DNA of 64,000 bases from the human T2T-CHM13v2.0 reference genome, Homo sapiens (GCF_009914755.1 NC_060930.1); one strand, 5' to 3'. Shown: positions 1 to 17,208, numbered from the stretch's first letter. Notes: generated from the letters alone by a model not told the origin. Made by a program: numbers and translations.

Positions 1-232
1 CACAATAGGGCTACTATAGTTAAAAATAATTTATGACACATTTCAAAATAACTAGAAGAATAAATGTGGGATGTTTTCAGCACAAAGAAATGACAAATGT
101 TTGTAGTAATTGGTGATGAATACCCTCAATTACCATTATGCATTGATCATTATATGTTGTATGCTTGTATCAAAATATCACATGTACCCCATAAATATGT
201 AACTATTATGTATCCATAAAAATTAAAAAATT
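1..232 (+). mobile_element. L1MA-type LINE-1 3' UTR end (cut by the window start)
   Basis: gtatcaaaatatcacatgtaccccataaatatg followed by an A-rich tail; homologous to the L1MA 3' end at 31550-31760. Confidence 0.8.
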
Positions 233-1189
233 AGAAAGCAACTAATAGACTTACATCTCTTTGCTTACAATCAGTTGAATATGCCAGCTACCGCACCCAC
301 AGTTCTTTCTTAGACATAATTCTTAAAGTAGTACTATCTGTTTTTCTTCTCATCACCATTTATTTTTTTTTCAACTCAATGACATCTACCCCAAGGCCAT
401 AGGCTTGGGTTGAAGGCCTGGTTCAATTGGAATTTTGTCACATAATTATATCTTAAGACTGTTCATTATTTAATCTCAAAAATTACGTATTAATGTTTGA
501 GGTAAGCATTCCCAACTTTTGAGGCTTAAAATTTCTGGATGCTTTCTTATTCCCTTTCATTTTTATGTGTACTTTGGATAATTCTTTCTTGTGGTCATTT
601 CTCCTTCTAATATCTTGCCAAATAAAGCTAGTAACATCTAATGCATGCTCACATAATTCTATTTTACAATATCTTTTGCTACAGACACAGGCTAGGGAAG
701 TTAGTGGCCTGCCTCCAAAGGTATCGTGGGCTTCATTGTTACTGAACATTTTGCCTCTGCTTAACTTGGGGTTTCATTTTTCCAGCCTCTGATATTAGTT
801 TCCTAGTTATCTCCTGCCAGTGCCACCAATTTTAGGGTTTTGTTTTTGTTAGTGTCCATTCTTGGTACTAATTTCTATTTTAGTTATGATAACACCAATT
901 AAAGCATCAGATAAACCTCCAAGTTTAAGTGGCTTAACATGTTAAGATGTTTGTTTCTTGCTCATGTAAAACTCCATAGAGGGTCTGGGGTTCTATTCTA
1001 TGCATCCATTTAGCCATCCAAATTGGCAAAACTGTTGTATCCAATAGACAGTTTTTAAGGCACCAACATCCAGCCAGCAGATAGAACCCTTAGCTTCTTC
1101 TGACCTTCCTCTCCACCTATGCTGACATCTTAGGTGTCCTCTGGCTTTCAATATCATCTCCTTGCTGAAAAATCCCGAATCTTCTTTTA

Positions 1190-1892
1190 TCGAACTCCAC
1201 CTAGCCCCTGGATTTGTGTATGTAATTGCTTATACAACAACTCCACTTGGATGTCAATCAGGCATCATTAACTTAATATATTTGAAACCAAATGTTAACT
1301 TTTTCCCCCTAAAATTGCCACCCCTTAACGTGATCAATATTAATATTTGGGACTGTGATTTACCAGTTATTCAGCGTAGAAACCTGAAAGTATTTTTTGA
1401 ATCTTTTTTTTTTAGTATCATATAGTACATAGAATCAAAAAACAAATCCTATCAGTGATACCTTCAAGAACATCTAGAATCCAGTCACTTCTCATAGCTC
1501 CATAGCCATCAGATTTTACTTGTTGTAGTGTAGTCATGATCTAACAGGTCTTCTTGTTTTCACTCCTGCCCTCTTAGAATGCATTTACCACACATGAGCC
1601 ACAGCAATATTCTACAAAATAAAGAGACTACATTGCCCTTCTATGTATAAAACTGCAAAAACCAAAGGTTTCCCTGATCATTTATTTAAAGTACTTCATA
1701 GCATTTGTCATTATCTGACATTTCAGCCATTATGTTATACATTTTTTGTTTAATTTTCTGTCTTCTCAATGAAGAATGAATATCTATGTCATAGACTTTT
1801 CTTTATTCATGGCTGTCTTTATAACACCTAGGATGGTGCTTGCCACATGGGAGATGTTCTAGTAGTTTTGAATGAATAAATAAATGAATGAG
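1190..1892 (+). mobile_element. L2 LINE fragment with 3' end
   Basis: ctccacttggatgtc...ggcatc...aacttaat L2 motif; terminal tgaatgaataaataaatgaatg tail. Confidence 0.65.
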
Positions 1893-2637
1893 CTACTTTT
1901 TATATCTTTTTGATGCTTTAGTCTTTTTATATCTATTTGTATGACTTTTTAATATTAACCAGATGTAATCATTATCTCATTAGTATTAAATGAAATCCTA
2001 AATTTTCCCTTTAGTTTACATGTCCATCTATCCAGCTAGCTAGCTAGCAATATAATAATAAGTAATTTCTTCTTCACAATATTTTCCATTATTCTTCACC
2101 TTAGAAATCCCTCCGCTCTCATGAGCCTGGCTATATTCTCATATATTCACCTAATGTCTTCTAATTCTTAGTCTAATTTTAGAGGAGCATGGTGACCAGT
2201 CTTCATCCAGATCTATTCTAGGATTCACAGTAAATTCTCCAGATCACAGAACTTACCTTCAGCAATACTCTTGCCTGAAGGTTTCTAAAAAGGCTTGCAC
2301 TATGAATGCTTGTTACTGGAAGTAGGCAGGCCAGATCTCTTTCTCCCAGGGATCTCCAAAGAGGTACCAGGGGTGCTGCCTAGTGGCCCAATTCCTTCCT
2401 TCTTTGCCTGACTTCCTAACTGAAGGGAAGGAGACTCTTTCTAGAGCTGTCAGTATACTTTTCTTTCATTCAGCAGCTGCCAGACATAGTAGGAAACATA
2501 TGATGTCTAAGTCATGTTCCTGGATTTTATGGAGTAAATTGAACGCTGTATTTTTAAGGAAAGTCTAGGAAAAAAATTTCCTTTTTTGAAATTCCACCAG
2601 ATTCATCGATATTGTAAAGCCAGTGGTCCTGGTAGGG

Positions 2638-2664
2638 GTGTGTGTGTGTGTGTGTGTGTGTGTG
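2638..2664. repeat. (GT)n microsatellite
   Basis: direct reading. Confidence 0.95.
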
Positions 2665-3831
2665 GCTCTGCTTGTAGTTTTGCAGATTGAACGGTTTTGG
2701 AGAAACCATTTATCTCACAGTCATCAAATATTTATATAGTTATTGCAAAAGTTTCTAGCACATGACAATAAAGTGTCTTGTCTTTTGTCTTATGCTTGAC
2801 CTACATGAAGTCACCATATGGGCTAGCCATTGGGGTTCTGTTGAGTTGGGTGTGGGGAAGGAGGGGAGAAAGAAAGCGGGAGTGATAGGCAGGTGGAGAT
2901 TGAGGAGGGCAAGAGAGATTTGCCTTTCTGGGGATTTGAGGTTGTCCTGGATATGCAAGAGGATGGAGAAGTCAGACTTAAGGTATCTTGTGGAATTGTG
3001 GTAGAAAGGAGAGGAGGTCAAGCCTTGATTAAATTGAAACAGCAGAAACCAAAGCTTTTTTTGTAAGATTTTACTCTACTTAACTTTCGTAGTATTTCAA
3101 GTCTTTTTCTAAAGTGTGACAGAAAAATCACATTTTCTAAAATGTGATAGATCACTTTTTTTCACACTCCAGTATATTGTAAAAACACTGCTCTAATTTT
3201 TACTTTCAGAGAAATATTGTTAAACTCTTGCACCATAAAATTCAGAATCCCAGAGACTTATCAGTTTGAATAAGCCATGGGTTACTGAGGATAGGTGGTG
3301 TCTTGGGGAACTATGTAAGCCAGCCACAGAGCCTTGATTTAGGGGCTAAATCTTGGAGCAAACGAAAGGTGGACAGGCACAAATAGACTCAACATTACTT
3401 TTTACACTAAATTGCTTTCTTTTGGAAGGAAAAAAAGGCCATAATAAATATCCATTTCCAGGATTGTATCCAGCAACAGCAAGGACAAATTCCTGTAAGA
3501 TTTGAGAGAAGTCCTATTCTTTTTTCATTTTTTTAATGAATTACTATCATAGTTCCTTTCTTACCTGTATATATTGACTCCAGAATGTTCCTATGATTCT
3601 TAAATTCCAAGCTGCTTTTTCTAAAATGTTGTTTTGTGTCTTAAATAAGAAAAAAATTCTAGGAATTAAGAATGTGATATTTCATCTTTGTCTAGAGACT
3701 ACAAGGTTCAAATAAATTCAACTTTCCCTTTTTCCTTTCTCCTATATTTAAATATTTTAGCAATATTAATTTAGAAATGTCTAAATTTTTCTTTTTTTCC
3801 TTTTTTTTTTTTACTTCTCTTTCCCATGTTC

Positions 3832-5447
<1,616 letters not shown>

Positions 5448-5667
5448 TTATTTACATCCAATTTAGGGATTGATAGTAATACAGTAAAAATTTATTCTCA
5501 CATTCACTCTACTATATTACTGATTATTCAAATAATTTCTAAGCTATGTCAATCATTGGCCTGGTGCAGGCTCTATAAAGATGACATAACATACATCTGT
5601 CTTTGAGGACCTTGTAGTCTTCCTGGTGAGACAGATTATCATGCATAAAACTTTCAATGATACTAGC

Positions 5668-6003
<336 letters not shown>

Positions 6004-6163
6004 TGAGCACAAAGATAGGCTAACTATATGAGGAGTTCATGAAAGTCTCCTCAGAAGAGGTGACATTGGAACTGAGTCTTAAAAGATGAGTAGGCAGCTT
6101 CAGTTGATGAAGGTGAGAAAGAATATCCCAGGAGGGACAGCATGCTTCTTATTATGGCAAGTC

Positions 6164-6925
<762 letters not shown>

Positions 6926-9574
6926 GATTCCATATCTTTTATAGCAGATCTTGATGTGCTTAAAAATGATGAGGACTTTAGTATACTGGAATGAATTTAG
7001 AGGCATATTGGTGGCTTAATGGAAGTGGAGAGGAGTTTAGATAGAGTTACCAATGGGATAATAGGCCAGAAATAGATTGGAAGGGCCTTGAGAGCTAAAA
7101 TAAGAAATTTGGGTCTAAATCTGAAAGGGATAGGAACCAAAAGGAATTTTAAAGCAAGTGGTTGACATGATCAAATTTAATAATTAGGGAAATAGCTAAT
7201 GTCTTTCAATACCCTCTGACTTGGTCAGGGAGTTATGAGACAGGAAGCTATCTTAAAAAAACCCAGGCGAGATATTATAAAGTCCCAAAATATGACACAA
7301 AGGATGGGACAGAGGATTAGATTTAAGATATTTCTGCTACATATCCCAGAAAGAAATAGAATGTTTAGAATTTAAAGCATTTTAGGAGGGAGCATAAAGT
7401 GAGATAACATGTGAATTTCACACTGAGATTAAAAATTTACAACTGAACTTTAGATCTTACCAAGGGAACATATTTTAAATAGCCTTGAATTTTGGTCTGC
7501 TAAGTTATGTTTAAATGTTAGTAATGTTCAAGCAAGAAGAGTCTTTTCCTTCCAAAAAGAGTGCTAATGTACACTTTCACACCTCCTTAAATATCTACAG
7601 CATGAAACACCCTACGCAGACATATCTGGATTTCCTGGAGCTATCAGTGCCTTTTGTGTTGTGAGACAAAGGCAATCCAATAAAGACATGTCTGTTCCCC
7701 AAGTGCTCACCAAAGTCACGGCTCAGAGAGTGCGCATTACAGTTATGTCTTTTCTGGGTTTTATATTTTAAAGAATATGATAATAAAAAGGAAAAACAAG
7801 CTTCCTGGTAAACTGTATTTATAGCCTCATAGACTGTAAAGGTTTCAAAGTTTAAAGACACTTAGAGCAAATGTCTTCCTTTTTCAGCATTAGCCTTTTT
7901 CTCCAGCACCAAAAGTGTGGAAGGCAAAAGCCTGCGAAAGAGAGGAAGTAGTGTAAGACAGTGTGGGAGGTGTTCTAAGTCTGGGCTCATGATCCTCTAA
8001 AATACATGGGTCTTCAAGCCTGCAGACAAGCTACAGAAGCCCTTCCAGCACCGTGAAATTGTGGAGACAACTGTGGCAGATGCATGGATGGCCTTTTTTT
8101 TTTTTCTGGGGAAATACTTCATAGTTTTCATTAGAATCTACAGCCTTAAACCTTTGACTATATAATTGGACACGTACAACAAATGGCTATCATATAGATG
8201 AGTATATTATCAGAGCAAAAATAATGATTCAGATAAGTTCTTGCCACTTCAGAAGATACAATTAATTTGTCTCAATGGATATGAGAGTGATCTACTTAGT
8301 TATGGATATTTGCAAAGTTTGTTTAAATAGCTCCACAACTTTGGACATGCTTACCTCTCCCAGCCTTTTTTTTCCCCCATTACTATCTCCTAGGTTTGCT
8401 GTGACGTAATTTATGTAGACCAGTTTGCACAATCCTTGGAAAATGTCTTAATTATATATTTATGACAAATTTGGATATGACATTTGTTATACATCTGTAT
8501 GCAGGGCAGCTTTAAATATAAAACTTAAGCTTAGTGAATTGTTAAAAATTAGTCATATTTCACTTATGATCATCTCCTCTTGGAAGCTGAAGAAAGAAGA
8601 TCAAGTAATAAGGATGTTTATATTTTCTAAGTACTATTTTTAAGAAGTTAAATGTTAGTTTCTGGTGTCATGAATGAAGAATTGGAGCAAATGAGAAATT
8701 CCAGTATATGGCTTGCTTCGGAGTGAATGGCCAAAGTATTGTGATAAAGTCGCTAACCTTTGGGAGGATGTACAGCCGATAAGAGTCAGGCCCCATTTCC
8801 AATGAGCAGGCCCCATTCCTGATGACAAGAGTTTTAAGAACATACAGTAAAAAGATTGAACTCTGATCAAAGGCCACAGCTGCTACGCTCCGCATGCTGC
8901 TTGCTGGGTATGGAGTCAGCCCTGGAGCTCTAACCTGATTCTTCAGCTTTGGCAACACAAGCATTTGAAATGTGGGAGAAGGTGGGGCCTAGCATCATCA
9001 AGTCATAGTCTGAGAGGTCTTGGTCACTACCGTGACCTCCTTCACCAGCTCACCAGTCTGAGGGAGAAGCCCAGGCTGCCACAAGGCCTTGTCTTACAGG
9101 CAAATAATTAATTAAGATGGAAACTTATATGTCTACTGACCTCCAGTGATTAGGCCTCTGGTTCAGGAGCTGAGTTTTGAGGACTTACTTAAATTAGGAA
9201 GACTATGACAGTTGTCCTTCCTTTCTCCCAACCTCCGTCTTCCCCCCATTGTTCCTCTGGGTAGCTTAGAGGTCACCTGTGGAACATTTAATGGCCCTTT
9301 TATTTGATATTTTGGTACTTATATATGTCTATCTTCTCAGATAAGCTTTTCCTCTGACAGAAAAGATTTTAAAGACATTTTAGTAAAACAGAATAAAACA
9401 ACCCAGGCATGAGACAAACTGATTATTAGTTGGAGATTTGGTTGGAAGATATTAGCTAGCCCTGAAGCAAAAACACAGTTTTCTTCATGCTTTTCTATAA
9501 CAGTATTCATAAAGTTACATGTAAGTTGGACAGCTTATGGTTGAGCAGTGACTAAGAAGAGAAATTGGGCTGCA

Positions 9575-9775
9575 ACAGAGAGCACAGGCATTGCTGCCAG
9601 CCAGACAGGGCTTGAGACCAAGCTACCGATTCTTAGCGATATAATGGTGAGCAATTTGCTTCACCTCTTGGAAATGTCCTCTTCGGGGAAATGGAGGTGA
9701 TAATGCCTCAGCGGGTAGTTTTAAGAATTAAAGGTAAAATGTGCAAAGTGCCTGGCACCAGTGACTACCGAGTAA
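9575..9775 (+). mobile_element. MIR SINE
   Basis: degenerate core gagcaatttgcttcacctct...gaaatggaggtgataat...aaagtgcctggcac. Confidence 0.6.
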
Positions 9776-10780
9776 ATTAAAAATATTTTATATTTCTTAG
9801 TGTTCATTTCTTGCTCTGCCTTAAAAAAACTGCACATCAAATACTTTATTCTTCTGCATGCAATGCATTTTTGTAAATCATCTATTGCACATAGTGTTAG
9901 GTGCTTGGAAACAAAGAGGAGTAATGCAGATCTTTGATATTCAAAGAAGTACTAGCTTAGCTGTGTTTGGGGTGCTTGTGTACATGTCCAAAGAGTGAAG
10001 CATAATAATTCCTTGTCTTTTTGAAAATTTTATCTAAACAAAATGAAATCAATGAATTAATATTTTTGGAGTGCGTAGGTGACATAGACGTTCATAGATG
10101 ACTTTTACGTAGGATTAGAGGGTATAGAATTCTAAGCGGCTGAATCCTGAATTCTGACATACAACACTAGGGACTTATGGAAGCTAATCACATAAACATA
10201 GCTCCTTTATTTTTCCAATAATAGTTTAAAATTTTTCACGTTGGATTTTATCTGAAGTCAATCTGACTTGACTTCCAGGCCTTCCTCTCTTTTTTTTTTC
10301 TCCAAAACACCTGATGACTGAGTCCATCAAGTTCCCAAAATAGATTTACACATTTTTAAAAACAGATAATCAAGTTTTACTTTCATCTGTGGGTTTTTTT
10401 TTTTTTTCTCAAAGTCCAGGAAACTTTGTAACACCTGCTTTGCAAAATAAGCAAGTAATCATCTATTTTGGGGACGGAAAATAGAGGAGGTGAGAAATGA
10501 GTTAACTGGCTTCAACTCTTGTTATTTGGGCATGGAAATTATTTGTTCAGTGATTTTTGCCACAGCCATAGAACAACTTTTGCATTGCTTTGGTTTCTCC
10601 ATATGCTTTGGAGAGACAGGAAAGAGAATATTGCACTAAAAATCTTGTTTCAGTTCAAGGTAATTATGCATATATTTAGGCTGAATAGGGAAGAGGCATT
10701 ACTGAAATAAAAGTGTTTTTAATACAATTTGGAAGACATAAATTAACACATTGAGAGGAAAATGAATCAATAATTTTATT

Positions 10781-10915
10781 TTAGAACTGAAGGGGATTTT
10801 AGCGATCATCTTGTTTAACCGCCATGTTTACAGATGAATGAACTGTTATGTGTTTTGCCCACAGTAGGTCACACAAACAAAGGTGTCCTGACTTCTAGAA
10901 TAGGCCTTTGTTCCT
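10781..10915 (-). mobile_element. MIR fragment
   Basis: tagaactgaaggggattttagcgatcatct...tttacagatgaatgaactg. Confidence 0.5.
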
Positions 10916-11394
10916 CTCTCACTGTAAATACATGACTATCCTGCAGAATGGCCTAGTAGATATTGTCATGTTGCTGTTCCTGGTTGGGAGGACTGGGTGC
11001 ACGTACAAATAAAGTTTACATAATACCTGATACAGAAATCTTGGTGCCCTAAAGTAACTATTTAATGATGATGCCTTTGCTCTATTCAGACCAGCAAAAT
11101 GAGCACACATTTCTGGCTCCATTTAATAAATTGCCTCCTTGAGGGCACTAAATCCTGCTCTTCAGGAAAAGCTCATTCACCTCACATGGGTAAACAGTTT
11201 GCTTCTTCATGAATTCTGCTGTTTACTCACAACAGTGGAAAGCCTGTTTTGTGTTATTGCCGTTATCACAAATCTGGAGACATCACTGCAGATTGGAATG
11301 AGGTGGCGGGAGACCGTTGCCTAAGTGGGTATTGTTCAGCACAGCTTAATAGAAAAGGTTGACCAAACATGTTAGAGTTACCATCGAATAAGTT

Positions 11395-11650
11395 TATTGG
11401 GGGAACCAGCCCCCAGTATTTCAACATAGGTTCTTTTCTATTTTCCCTAAGTGTCGGCCGGTCTGAGAAATAAACAGAAAGAGTACAAAAGAGAGAAATT
11501 TTACAGCTGGGTCTCCGGGGGTGACATCACATGTTGGCAGGTTCCGTGATGCCCACCTGAGCCGCAAAACCAGCAAGTTTTATTAGGGGTTTCAAAAGGG
11601 GAGGGGGTATGAATAGGGAGTGGGTCACAGAGATCACATGCTTCAAATGG
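11395..11650 (-). mobile_element. MER11 (HERV-K11/HML-8) LTR, 3' end fragment only
   Basis: Reverse complement ends ...gaacctatgttgaaatactgggggctggttcccccaata and contains cctaataaaaacttgctggttttgcggctcagg, matching my recollection of the MER11 3' end. Confidence 0.8.
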
Positions 11651-12110
11651 AACTTATCTTTAGTAATGGAGAGCTTTTCAAATCTAGTTAATTTTGCCTT
11701 TCAAAGTCACTGTGAATGGGTGAAAAGTAAAATAGCTCATCCGTAGATCGTAAGTTAATATTGCTGAATTTTAAAAAATTTGATGAGTCAGAAAAATTTG
11801 CATTGGTATCATCTACATTCACTTTCTACCTTTAACTTCATTACTTTCCTTCACACATTGACCTGTGATTCCCCCAGAGGCAAAGTTTCAAGGTCAATTA
11901 TGTGAAAGTAGTTTTAAAAGTGGCCAGTCCAGACATGGATTTGTGAAAAATAAAAATGGAGTTCAAGCAGTCAGAATTCTGTAGTATTCTTCACTCTTTT
12001 CTTTATTTTTCAAATAAAACTTTCTAAATATTGTAGCTCAAGATAGATTAATGATTCCAGTTTTTAAGTATATTTAAAGCTCAAGTTGTTGGATTTTTTA
12101 AAATTTTGAC

Positions 12111-12285
12111 TCCTCCCTTTCTCTTTCTCTTTCTCCCTCCCTCCCTCCCTCCTTCCTTCCTTCCGTCTTCCTTCCTTCTTTCCTTCCCTCCTTCCTTTTT
12201 CCCTTCCTTCGTTCCTTTTTTCCTTTTTTCCTTCCTTCCTTCCTTCCCTTTCTCTTCCTTTCATTCTTTCTCTCTTTCTTTCTTC
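12111..12285. repeat. Polypyrimidine (CCTT/CCCT)n low-complexity tract
   Basis: direct reading. Confidence 0.95.
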
Positions 12286-12738
12286 ACAATATAGGTTAAA
12301 AAGGAATAGTAACAGATGATCATTTATACTCCTGTTGCTTCACTCTGAAGAATTCTTTGTTCTCCTTATCCATGCCTTAGCCAAAAGCTACAAATGAAAG
12401 AAAATTTCAACCCCATGTAAATTTTTTGGAACATCGTACCATATTGGTGGACGTAATACAGTTTCGAAGCATTAGGTCCTTGTTAAGAACAATTCATTAA
12501 TATTTTTCTATTGGATCAGACTTACAGATAAGGTCTGCTTCTAATGATGTCATCAATAAGCGTTTCACATGGGAAATAATGGGAAATACATTGTGTTGTT
12601 GATTATATATATTCAGGGAGTTTTAGGTGAATTTAATAGTGAATTATTAGTGGAGCTGCCATTAACTATTTTAAAATATGTATGTATTCATGCAATTCTT
12701 TAATCCTTAAGGAGCATAACAGGACTGAATTATCCTTC

Positions 12739-13073
12739 TGTCCTAGTCTGTTTGGGCTGCTATAACAAAATACCATAGACTGGGTAGCTTATAAACAACA
12801 GGAGTCTGGGAAGTCCAAGATCAAGGCCAGCAGATTTGGTGTTTGATGAGGGCCTAGCTCACAGATGACATCTTCTACTGTGTCCACACATGGTAGAAGA
12901 AACAAGCTAGCTCTCCGTTTTTGTTTTTTTTCAATAAAGGCACTAATTTCATTCTAAAGACAGATCCCTTATTGCCTAGTCACCTCCCAAAGGCCCCACC
13001 TCCTAATACCATCACTTTGGGATTAGGATTTCAACATAGGAATTTTGGAAGGACACACACATTCAGACTATAT
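12739..13073 (-). mobile_element. MLT1A-type MaLR solo LTR
   Basis: tgtcctagtctgtttgggctgctataacaaaataccatagactggg...cacctcccaaaggccccacctcctaataccatcac. Confidence 0.85.
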
Positions 13074-13081
13074 ACCACCTT

Positions 13082-13392
13082 CTTTTTAAATTTTTTATTA
13101 TTTTACAGACAGGGTCTTGTTTTGTCACCCAGGCTGTTGTGCAGTGGCACAAACATAGTTCACTGCAGTCTTAAACTCCTGGGCTCAATACATCCTCCTG
13201 CCTCATTCTTCTGAGTAGCTGGGACTATAGGCACATGTTCCCATGCCTGGCTAATTTTTAAAGAAACATTTCTGCAGAGACAGGGTCTTGCTATGTTGCT
13301 CAGGCTGGTTTTGGATTCCTGATTTCAAGTGATCCTCCTGCCTTAGACTCCCAAAGCATTGGTGTTACAGTTGTGAGCCACTGCACCCAGCC
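13082..13392 (-). mobile_element. AluJ SINE
   Basis: Diverged dimer with J-type actgcagtcttaaactcctgggctcaa; degenerate TSD tataccaccttct/catagcactttct. Confidence 0.92.
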
Positions 13393-13685
13393 CATAGCAC
13401 TTTCTAATATTACTCTTCAGAATTTTAGAATCTTACTTATGACTGGCCTCGTCCTTGCCTTTTCAGATAGAAGAGTTATATTTTCAAAAACAACCCCAGC
13501 ACACTGCAGTCTCACTATTACATAAGTAAATTCTTTGGTGTTTCCCTGGCCTCCCCCAGCTTCAGCATGGCCCCTAGTATAGGTGCGTCCCAAAAGAGTC
13601 AGGTTGTCCTCCAGGCCCAGAGAAACCAGGAATCTGTATAATGAGTGTATACTGTTTTGAATTTTGTTCCCATAACATTTCTCAT

Positions 13686-13783
13686 TTCCTTCCTTCCTTC
13701 TTTCCTCCCTCCCTACCTCCCTCCCTCCCTCCTTCCTTCCTTCCTGTCTCCTTTCTTCCTGTCTTGCTTCCTTTTTTTTTTTT
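13686..13783. repeat. (CCTT/CCCT)n low-complexity tract
   Basis: direct reading. Confidence 0.9.
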
Positions 13784-15173
13784 GTATTTTTGGTGGCAGT
13801 TGCAGTCCACTGGGATAGAGAAATAGGAAGAAAAGCGTTACGTAGAAATTAAGTATACAAACTAAAGCAACAGGAATTAAAAAACAAATAGGAATTCAAT
13901 CACTACATATTTCTATTTCAAAACTGACAAAAGCTTTAGTTCTAAAAATGAAAAAAAGAGAGAGGACAGAAAGTACACGATGGGTACAAAATAAGTGAAA
14001 TTTAAATTCCTTTATTTGCATTACATTTCCTTTAAACTTTTAAAAATGACTTTTTACCCTCCCCTTAAGATATCCAGCCTTGTTTCTTCTGACCAGCTCT
14101 CTTGGAGTTTTCCTGAAATGACACTCTCCTTGGCAATTATCCCCTGAGCCTTATCATCCCAATTTTAAAATCTCCATGTCAAGTTCTGAGAACTTCTAGC
14201 TTCTACTTTCTTTCTTCATCAATGAAAATTTTAATCAGACATTGTTACAGCTGTTTGGATGTTTATTTATCTAAAACCCTCTAAAGTTTGAGAGAAGAAT
14301 CCCCTCCCCTCCCCAACCCTCCTCGCCCTACCCCTCCCTTCCCCCCCCTTCTTTCTTTTATTCTTAGCAAAGTGCCTAAATGTTTCCATCAGGAAGCGAT
14401 GTGTGCACTGAGTACTAATTGCAAATGCTGTGTCCTTCACTTTTAGAATTGCTAGATAATATACTAAAAATTGGTTCATAAAATGCTTGTGCATAATATA
14501 ACTTTAGGAACAATTCTGTCCATTTCTATCACTTATAGATGAAGAACTGCAACCTAGAGAAGATGGAAATGACTTCTTCATTTTGTGTTTGCTCTCTCCA
14601 TGGGGGTTTTGAGGGGGAGCCCTGCCCTCGCAAACTGCCAGGTGTATACTGGACACACCAGTCATGAATCTAGATTCACTGGGAGGGAAGAATGATTACC
14701 AGTTTTTGCCATCTTGAGGGGTAAGAGTGCAATGATTTGGAGTCTCCTTGAGAGATTAATATGGGATGCTGACTACCCAGAAGAAGATCTAGGATAACAT
14801 ACACACAAACATTTATATATATACATGCGCATACGTACAGACATGTAAAAATATATACATGTTCTGATTTGTTAATATTCTTTGAAAGTAAACCAAATTA
14901 AAATTTCCAAATCCCCTGGTAAAAGTTCACTTGTAACATGATGAAAGGGGATATTCAGATAAGATTTTAGAACACCTTCTCTAGAACTAAAAAACAAAGC
15001 AAAACAAAATAAAATGATACTTCTCAAAAACTCCTTTGAAGCAGGTGTTCTTGTCAAATACTAAATCCATGACCAAGTATTTCAGTGTATGAGGATTCAG
15101 AAATATATATATATATATGAATATATATTTAAATGTTTCTTTATATGATTTAGTTTTCTCATAGCTTAGTTTT

Positions 15174-15203
15174 GTGTGTGTGTGTGTGTGTGTACGTGTG
15201 TGT
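15174..15203. repeat. Interrupted (TG)n microsatellite
   Basis: direct reading. Confidence 0.9.
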
Positions 15204-16168
15204 TTTGCTACCACTTTATTCGGTGAATATATCCCACAGAAACAAAATCTGTCCACTTAGTTCATGAGTTTTTTGAAACATTTGATGTCTAAGTAACTTC
15301 ATCCTTGGCAGAAATAACTTCCTGTTTTAAAAGAAAATAACTTAAAAGATCGTATAAGGAAGGCTCATAAGCCTTCTTGGAAATCAAACAGTTCTTACAA
15401 AACATTTTGATGTGTTTAGTACAGAGGAATTAGGAACATATGGGTTACATTTTCCTTAAAATGCATATGGTTTTTAAAAATTAAGGGGTAATGTTCTTGG
15501 CAAAATAGGTTTTGCCAAACCCAAACTGTTTAAAGAATTGTTCAAGATGTTCAGTCAGGCCAAAAGGCCCCAGGCTTCCACAGTCCTAATAATAGAATCA
15601 ATCAGGAAAACCAGAATGAAGTCACTAAACTGATTTTAAGAGTCCCTTGAAATAACCAACCAAAATAAATCTCAATGTCGTAACAATCACAAGCAATTAG
15701 AATATAATAACTTTTATGCTTATGCCGAATAAAACCCCAAGCTAGTAGTTAAAATCGTTCTAGGAATTCTGGAAAGTTGGCAGTGTATTTTGTTTGACTA
15801 AAATAATTGATTACATCTATAAAAATGGCGAAGAGACTAGAAGGGATTTCACAGATAAAGCGCCTACCAGAAATAATTCAAGAATTTCACCATGGTTTCT
15901 CAAGGAATGGAGGTTGATACGCTTGTTTAAAACCCACACATTCTGTGGTAAAAAGGTGTATGTGGAGATGATAACCACAAAAATTTCATTACCCTGGTAC
16001 TAAGCACTACTTCTCTTATCTGGAAAAGAGTCTATTAAGTCACTTAGTGATGGGCCCAGAGATGGTGAGATGAAATAGCCAGTAACATCAGACCAGAGGC
16101 TGTATATGTATATGGCATAAAGCAATTGGGTAATTGTTTCAAAAAGGAATCCAATCTCTGTATGGTAG

Positions 16169-16485
<317 letters not shown>

Positions 16486-17206
16486 ACACTAATCTATTTT
16501 GAAATGACATCACAGTCTCACACATAGTAGGGTTGGTAAAATTATCTTGGTTGGATTGGATTTGTTCTCATGAAAATATCTTCACATTCTTTTTCAAGAT
16601 CTTCATTTTCTACTCATGACTTGCCTCTTGGCATTATGAGTAAGCCACTAGAGTTCCCTCTGTTGGTTGACTCCTTGGTGTTTTAACAAAAATTGCTGCA
16701 GGTAGTTAAATAATTTTTTAAAAAATCTTTTGTTCTTTTCTGACTCAGACTTTATATAATCACCTCCAGCTAAAGACAGAAACATTATGTCTACCAGTTG
16801 AGCCAATTGAGCCAATAACAAAAGGGTTCTGGAATTCTTCCAGTTTCCTTTTCTCCCCTCCAGAGATTCCTGGCATTCTCTCCTGCTGAGCAGAATATGA
16901 ATTACTAGACAATTTGGAACAAGGCGGTTCTGATCAGCAGACATTTGCATGGCTGTAGCATTTGTGGAGAGGCAAAGCACTCAAGGCAGTAGCAGCAGTG
17001 TTGCCCCTTCCTGTCTCACCAGCTCTCTAACAAACTATATGTTTTGCAACGGATGGGAGTAATGCATTTTAAGGATTTGGGAGGTTGTCCGGGTTGTGCA
17101 TTAGGTGTTGTGGTTGTGATAATTATTGGGTGTATGCAGAGTTGGAGGCTGTTAGACTTACTTGCATCTAGATCTAAGCCCATAGGGGATTGTGTATGTG
17201 ATGCTT

Positions 17207-17208
<2 letters not shown>

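Noticed and set aside
8655-8964. Two overlapping minus-strand ORFs in unique sequence
   Set aside because: No recognisable homology or exon boundaries; the only structure seen is a ~20-bp tandem duplication (caggccccatt).
15497-15518. ttggcaaaa-tagg-ttttgccaa hairpin resembling an NFI site
   Set aside because: Half-site spacing is 12 rather than 5, and a 9-bp stem is plausible by chance in 64 kb of AT-rich DNA.
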